Shown here in pieces: positions 60,308-64,000 of a stretch of DNA of 64,000 nt. The notes under the pieces were generated by a model. That model did no database searches and had not been told where the DNA came from. It worked only from the letters and a program-made list of their open reading frames with translations. Position numbers and translations under genes: made by a program. The stretch lies in NCBI GenBank assembly GCA_951406725.2, contig OX597817.1, forward strand, positions 166,656,001 through 166,720,000, read 5' to 3'. The DNA is from Octopus vulgaris (lineage: Eukaryota). Each line of letters starts with the position of its first letter. The first letter of the stretch is position 1.

Positions 60308-60371
60308 GTTGCACTGACGAACATGAAATGCATATTCTGCATTAAATGCGAAATCACATGTGATATGTAAC
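60308..60371 (+). ncRNA. Type I hammerhead motif (one stem II mismatch)
   Basis: GTTGCA CTGACGA aCAT..AATGCA tattc TGCATT..ATGc GAAA TCACATGTGA TA TGTAAC. Confidence 0.68.
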
Positions 60372-60494
60372 TGAATTCTTTTTTAAAATGATGTGTTTTG
60401 AAGTTTTGCATTCGGTAATATTTTGTTTATTTTAGTAGTTTTGACCGCATTGGTCCCTCTTAGCGTGTTGGTATCTACTAATAGTAGTACCCTC

Positions 60495-60548
<54 letters not shown>

Positions 60549-60839
60549 CGTCTACCGGATGTATTTGTGTATGTGTGTCTATATATACATACATACATAT
60601 ACATATATATATATTTGCGTAATAAGATAAAAACCAAGGCTGTACAGATATTAGAGCATTTATCGATAGAAGGTCTTACGGCTGTCTCTAGGATATTAAT
60701 TAATAATATCCCTTCATCGGTAACGGTGTGAGAGGAGAAATTAAGTCATAGTTAGTTTCGATGTGATGCAAAATAGAGAGTGAGGTGGAGGAAAGAAAAT
60801 AGATGAAAGATATGTATTGGTATTGAATTTGTGAATCCG

Positions 60840-60908
<69 letters not shown>

Positions 60909-61973
60909 ATTTTCCGGCTACCGAGTCCGCTCATAATGATACGGTCGGCCCAAGGCTATAACAGAAGACGTTTACCTAGGTTGCCATACATTGAGACTGA
61001 ACCTGGAAACATGTGGTTGGAAAGCAAGCTTCTTACCACACTGTCACGCATCAGTGTGTGTGTGGTGCAATACAAACTACCGAAATATAATTATCAAGAA
61101 CAGGAATTTGTTTCTTGCAATACAATAATTAATTCTTTCTAATAAATGCACAAGGCCTGAAATTTTTGGTGAAGGGATTAGTCGATTACATTGACCCCAG
61201 TATTTCACTGGGCCCCGAAAGGATGAAAGGTAATGTCGACTTCGGCGGAATTTGAACTCAGAATGTAAAGACGGACGAACTGCCACGAAGCATTTTGCCT
61301 GGTGTGCTAACGATTCTGCCAGCTCGCCGCCTTTGCGATACATATAATAATGAAATAAGAATTGATTCAAAATTGGAAGGGAAGAAACATGCCAATTGCA
61401 TCAACTCCAGTGCTTGACTGGTTCTTTATTACATCTGCCCCGAAAGCATGAAAGGTGAAGATGACCTCGGCTATATTTGACCCCCGAAACAGTAAAGAAC
61501 CAGAACAAATATGGCGAAGAATTTTGTCCTACGTTTTATTGAATATACCTGCTCAGCGCCATTTTATAAGGGTATTTTATTTAGTAAGAAGGTCATTAAT
61601 TTTGAGGTAAGGGATTTATTCGTTACCATCGACTGTGACTTTTCACTGGTACTTTATTTTATCATCCGCTGGGAGGATGAAAGGCAAAGACGGTCTCAGT
61701 GAGATTGGAATTCAGAAGGTTAATACTCTAAGAATTCTGCCAGAAGAAAAAGGAAAAGAATATGGAAAATAAAATAGAAGAAAAGAAAGCAAAAAAGTGC
61801 GATTATATAAGACAAATATGAGGCAAACACGCGTCCATTGTTAAACTTTGAGACAATGAATACAAAACATATTTCACCGACGATGTTAAAACAACGGTAA
61901 AGATGCCTTCGTAACTTTAAGCTCAGGACAAATAAACGAGCTTAAATGGCAGCTGTCAGATGTTCTGCATACG

Positions 61974-62543
61974 TATTGGGTTGTCCGGAAAGTTCGTGCC
62001 GATTTTTAAAGGAAAGAGAAAGGTGAATAAATACTTGCCATTACATTTTTAATCAACCAAATATAAACCATTTTGTTGCACAATGCGTCTAAATCTTCCC
62101 TTTAACTTGAAAATACCCTCTTGCCAGAATTGAGGTGATTTCATGGCAAAGAATTTATCAAGGTATCTTTTTACGTCATCCAAGGAATTGAAATTTTTAC
62201 AATTAAGACTATTCTGCAGAGACCTGAATAAGTGGAAATCCAAAGGAGCAACATCTGGTGAATATGGAGGGTGGGGTAACACATCCCAACCGAACTGCAG
62301 CAATTTTTGTCTTGTTCCCAAAGCATCAAGTGCCGAAAATGAACTTTCTTATCTTCCATTTTAAAGGGTTACAGAATTAACACAGGTTATAGGAACATAA
62401 ACCTTCTTCCACGAAAAGATAGCTTAAACTGTACTCTAGATGGAGGCGTAGTCAAATCCTATTTTATGGACTCAACCATGTTCTAAAATAAGTCGAAAGG
62501 TAAGCTACTATAAATCGGCACGAACTTTCCGGACAGCCCAATA
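61974..62543 (-). mobile_element. Mariner deletion derivative with intact TIRs
   Basis: TA|TTGGGTTGTCCGGAAAGTTCGTGCCGATTT ... AAATCGGCACGAACTTTCCGGACAGCCCAA|TA; HPPYSPDVAPLDFHLFRSLQN. Confidence 0.93.
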
Positions 62544-62920
62544 TACTAACTGCTGATACACACACACACGTACTCTCTCTCTCTATCAGTTACTCTCTCT
62601 CTCCCTCTCTCACTTCAAAATCTCTCACTCTTTCCTCTTTATTCAAAATTGGATGCATAATTGTATATATATTAATTTCATATTTTAGCAGAAAGCCAAC
62701 ATTTCCGAGGGAGTGTGCAAGTCGATTACATAGATACCATTGCTCGATTAGTAAATGTTTTTTTAAGACCTCGAAAGTATGAAAGGCAAAGTCAACCTCG
62801 GCGGATATTGAACTCAGAACGTAAAGACGGAAGAAATACCGATAAACATTTTTCCTGGCGTGATAACGATTCTGCTAATAACCACATGTGAATCGTTGGC
62901 GATTTTTTTCCCTCTGTCCC

Positions 62921-62954
62921 GTTTCTGAAGAAGAGCTTTGCTCGAAACGTAAAT
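62921..62954 (+). ncRNA. Minimal hammerhead-like motif
   Basis: gttt CTGAAGA A GAGC ttt GCTC GAAACGTA aat. Confidence 0.6.
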
Positions 62955-63066
62955 TTAATATTTCTATTATTTTAATATTTCTATTATTGAAAACAAGTGG
63001 ATGTATTCCACTGAAACTAGGTAAATATAAGCCTTCGAACAGAGACGTCAGTGGCGACACCTGCGG

Positions 63067-63126
63067 GTCTGACTGCGCTACATTGACAAGGGGCAATACC
63101 CCGAAACGCGTCTGTAGCTGTCGGAC
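63067..63126 (+). ncRNA. Type I hammerhead ribozyme, U3-A8 core variant, extended stem I
   Basis: GTCTGAC tgc GCTACA TTGACAA GGGG caata CCCC GAAAC GC GTC TGTAGC t GTCGGAC. Confidence 0.78.
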
Positions 63127-63312
63127 TGGCAGTGTGAAGCGGCTGACCTCCCTTGTTCGAAGGTTATAATGGATACAGATCGTGTATCAATAGCTATCTT
63201 GATGGCGGTGGCCTCATGGAGCTGACCATGGCAGCGATTATTCTTATATCTATAAGAATGCCATATTAATATGGCGATAACAATTAATTTATATATATAT
63301 ATATATATATAC

Positions 63313-64000
63313 AGTAAATACAAAAGAGCCGAAGAACAAACACAAAGCCGAAAGAGGAAGGTGAGCAGCAATGGGTGCTCACCAAAGGATACTAGGGATG
63401 AGGAGGGAAAGGCGAATCTTCCGGCCACGGAGGAGACGCACCCTCCCTCAGTTGAAAAGAAAAAAACAGAAAAAGAGGAAGAGAAACGGGACATTACCGG
63501 CTGTCGGTGACATAGCACCGGGATGTCCCGGAACTACGTCGGTTGGGGTTGTGCCACCGACAGGAGAAGAAATACCGTTGGCGGGAACTGTGTCGCCAAC
63601 GAAAGAATTGAATATCCCGCACCCGAGCAAAAACGAGGTATTGATCCTCTTCTATAGAGGCGGAGAGATTGAAAAGGTGATGGAAAAGCACCACAAGGGA
63701 GCACCTTTAGCCTTCACACAGGACCCCGAATGGCCTCCGCAGGTAGCTGTGGAGGCCGTGACGTTCGACGTGACGCTTGGGCTGAAGGAGCTCAATGAGG
63801 ATTATAGCTTGGTCCCGGGCGACGCTAACTCGGAACTCGATTGCGTTCTGATGGAGGCGTGGTGGATGGTGGAGGGCGCGGACACAAGTTATTTCGAGAA
63901 CGAGTCAAATTGTGATACGACTTGAGGGGCCCCGACCTAGAGCTGGCGTATTCCTAAGGGAAGTGTAAGCCAGGTCTAGGAAGAGGGGCGCTTAATATTG
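63313..64000 (+). mobile_element. Probable 5'-truncated LINE (L1/Tx1-like): ORF1 C-terminus and start of ORF2
   Basis: Abrupt GC-rich block starting at (TA)n; frameshifted K/E-rich then acidic ORF to 63925; window ends in GRGALNI, resembling an APE N-terminal strand. Confidence 0.45.

Noticed and set aside
60680-60725. Minus-strand CCGATGA...GAGAC hammerhead-like motif
   Set aside because: Both conserved boxes are mutated; likely an inactive relic.

Overview
AT-rich animal genomic DNA, very dense in microsatellites and SINEs. The repeat landscape suggests a cephalopod, probably Octopus (inferred from memory of repeat families, not searched). The only clear host gene is a long minus-strand coding exon from 5170 to beyond position 1. 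It is missing from the ORF track, apparently because it has no stop in the window. It encodes a signal peptide, LRRNT, about 17 LRRs, LRRCT and a >1100-aa low-complexity tail. A candidate first exon and promoter lie ~53 kb upstream (58392-58525). The rest is repeats: several tRNA-headed SINE families, CR1-, RTE-, Dong/R4- and possibly Tx1-like LINE fragments, Tc1/mariner relics, Helitron-like elements and simple repeats. Two things stand out. (1) A parvovirus/densovirus-type (or Polinton/adintovirus-type) phospholipase A2 capsid-gene fragment at ~10.2-11.1 kb, in a patchwork junction with a LINE. (2) About ten type I hammerhead ribozyme motifs from several unrelated families. These include a U3-A8 core variant and a TSD-bounded element with a tRNA-like head between inverted hammerhead arms.
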